Source: Patellaria atrata CBS 101060
Taxonomy: Eukaryota
NCBI GenBank assembly: GCA_010093705.1
Contig: MU006117.1
Coordinates: forward strand, 77,707-141,706
Direction: 5' to 3'
DNA length: 64,000 bases
The notes under the pieces were generated by a model. The model saw only the letters and a program-made list of their open reading frames with translations. It did not search any database and was not told where the DNA came from. Below, piece by piece: positions 61,675-64,000 of the stretch (positions are counted from its first letter, which is position 1; each line of letters opens with the position of its first letter). A program made the position numbers and the translations under genes.

Positions 61675-62451
61675 TTATTTTTCTGGCATGTACACACTAA
61701 CCTCCAGACCGCCTTTGAAAGGTAAAGTGGAACTGCGGAAATTACCCTTTGGGTCACGAAGCACTGAGAAAAGCTCTTCGTAACGAGATGCTGATTGAAT
61801 CGTGTTGTCTGTAACAACTAGTGCTCCTGGCTTCAGCCTTGGAAGTACTGCTTTCAGCGCAGGCAAAGCAACTGGCGGCCAGACTAGCCGGGTCAGTACA
61901 CGGTCTTTGCTCTGATATTGGAGACATATGTGACTTGGCTTACTATCCAATAACAAGAAATCAACCGTTTCAATATCATTGGCAAGAGTTTCCTCTAAAT
62001 CGCCTTCTCTCAAATTGATTCTTTCAGCTACTGCATTACCACATATCTCCCAGTTCTCTCTTGCCTTCTTCGCTTTTTCGGGTTCCTTTTCAGTGGCAAT
62101 AACCCACCCTTTTTCGCCTGTTAACTTTTCTACTTCTGCAACTGCTAGTGCAAGGTAGATCGTGCTGACGCCATAACTGGTTCCCGCTTCGACGATATAT
62201 CGAGAACGGCTGGAGATGACGAGTTGGTAAACGAACTCCGCTTTATCTCGATCTAACGCGATAAACTTGTCTCTCATAAGATCATCTAGAGCTAAAGAAC
62301 TAGTAACGGGATCCGTCTTGTATAACTCTTTAACGGCTACTAATTTAGCAGGTGGTATACTCTCCTCTTGCTCCAATGACGATTGGTGTAGCCGATCAAG
62401 TAGATCAGCTATATGCTGTGAAGGCCTAACGGGTGATGATGTAGCTGACAT
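61675..62451 (-). CDS. SAM-dependent O-methyltransferase (YrrM/MdmC-like); in-frame intron 61943-61884
   Basis: IVEAGTSYGVSTIYLA, VIATEKEPEKA, LREGDLEETL, DFLLLD|IW, LKPGALVVTDN. Confidence 0.9.
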   Translation of the reverse strand: MSATSSPVRPSQHIADLLDRLHQSSLEQEESIPPAKLVAVKELYKTDPVTSSLALDDLMRDKFIALDRDKAEFVYQLVISSRSRYIVEAGTSYGVSTIYLALAVAEVEKLTGEKGWVIATEKEPEKAKKARENWEICGNAVAERINLREGDLEETLANDIETVDFLLLDSKPSHICLQYQSKDRVLTRLVWPPVALPALKAVLPRLKPGALVVTDNTIQSASRYEELFSVLRDPKGNFRSSTLPFKGGLEVSVYMPEK

Positions 62452-63942
62452 TGCAGCTACGGTGAATATAAGTGCTGACTAGATGGCTAGTGGGCACAAA
62501 ATATTGATCTTTGGTAATAACGGGAAACGTTACATGCAAAAAGACTTCATGATCGACCTGGATCAGAGAAAGTCAGATATTGTACGAGGTAGCCGATATC
62601 GCGATCTTCTGTTCCAGGCCATCACGCCGTGTTCCGCGCGGTTTGGAATGACTGTTGGAATCGTCGCTCTGCAGAAGCGTCTAACTATTTTGTTTCAGCA
62701 GTTGGGATCAAATTAATCATCTATTTCGCAGAGACAAAATGACCGGATTTGTTGCGATCTGACGCAATCTCGGCGCAAATCTTTTGTGTGAGGTGACTAT
62801 CCTTCGATATTCCCAACGTCATGGGCGGGAAAGGGTCCTTGGGTCCAGGCTTGAGGTTCTTTTGGACCGTTCGTGTTTGACGGGTTTGATCCTGTCGATC
62901 TTTCGGTTATGCTTGATGTCCTTAGGAAAGGATGGGCGAGCCGCGCTAAGGCCACGACATCATCTTTGAGCTATAAAACTTCATGGACGAAAAGGTCGGT
63001 CTAAATCGCGGTATACTACAATACTACCTTGTGCTACCTTTGTACTTGGACACAGCTTGCTATAGCCATTCTTGTACTACAAGCTGGTAAAGACTCACGC
63101 ATAGACGTCAACATTGCATCTGAGATGCTACACTCTCATGCCCACGAGTTACATGGTAATCCTCGTCGACGTTCAATAGGATGTTATTGGAGCGAGTTCT
63201 TGAAGAGACATTCGTAACCGCTCTATCTCAATAGTGCTTACTTCCCCTGAATACTCGCAACCTAACCAGTACGTCACAAGCGATTGGGATCTGTGATGAT
63301 TTAGAAGCGATATCTATGGAACTAAGCCAGCTGAATAACGACCGTAGATCAATACAGAAGCGGCGAGAGAGAATCGGTAGGTAACGCGGGCTTAAATCGT
63401 CCTACACAAAAAAAAATTGGACTCATTAACGTAGAAGGTAACAACATCTCTTTTCTCGACAGCAAAGCATTTGTTTCTCACAGTCAAGAATCCCGTAATT
63501 CCGTTCAATATAGTCGTGCTAAGAACCAGAAAACATGAAGTCTTTTTGTCAATATTGCTTTTTCATTTCAGTCATGATTTAATAAGTTGGATTTTAGTCT
63601 GTTGATATTCTGTTAAGAGCCTGGGAGTCCTCATGACGATACTGGATAGGGGACTGACTCCGCACCCCGTAATCATGTGCAACTGTACTCTCGTCAACCG
63701 TCACTATCCAATCCCCATTAAGCAATTATTCAAACTCCTTTATGACTTCGAGTCATAAACAACAGTTCACCTCTCATGACAGCATAGACCACAAGCCTCA
63801 GTTCCTCTCTGATCCTCAACCCTTTTCCAAAAAAACTTCTCTCCCACTCTTCCAAATCTCACAACAAACACCATTTCACATCTCAAAACTCTAGCCTCCA
63901 TACACCAGCCCCCCTTCTCCACCATCCCCATCCCCCCAAATC

Positions 63943-64000
63943 ATGGGCCAAGAAAACAGCCACAACACCTTCCCAAACGAATCCCCCTCTCGCACCTCAA
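63943..64000 (+). CDS. Probable start of a gene truncated by the window edge (MGQENSHNTFPNESPSRTS...)
   Basis: aaatcATGG start context after a pyrimidine-rich leader; MGxxxS fits an N-myristoylation pattern. Only 19 codons are visible. Confidence 0.4.
   Translation, partial: MGQENSHNTFPNESPSRTS

Overview
Eukaryotic, intron-rich DNA from a filamentous ascomycete (Pezizomycotina; Dothideomycete-like is an inference). It has short GT-AG introns with CTRAC branch points and local RIP-like C>T/G>A damage. About 16 apparently intact genes can be reconstructed by hand-splicing: nudE, a peroxisomal ATP-carrier-like MCF protein, a 1339-aa HeLo/pseudokinase/IQ/trypsin-like protease protein, a small Ser-rich protein, an Frm2/Hbn1 nitroreductase, a 1088-aa hypothetical protein, a Zn2Cys6 transcription factor, CBR1, an SRR1-like protein, a Bim1/X325-like GPI protein, NUP82, CBC2, a GH17 glucanase, SQT1, an FAD/NADPH reductase with a CCGGGCC motif, and an O-methyltransferase. 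Damaged loci include three tandem C2H2 zinc-finger pseudogenes, a 2OG-Fe(II) dioxygenase with a strong RIP signature, and a frameshifted DUF6536 gene. The most interesting items are: (1) the MLKL-like HeLo-pseudokinase fused to IQ motifs and an intact serine protease; (2) the flavodoxin-less reductase with a Cys4 cluster under a palindromic SreA-type ATCWGATAA site, a candidate iron-regulated Fe-S/siderophore reductase; (3) a 1.3-kb non-coding array of regularly spaced ~40-bp repeats with two spacer types. Family calls rest on motif recognition only; no database search was run.
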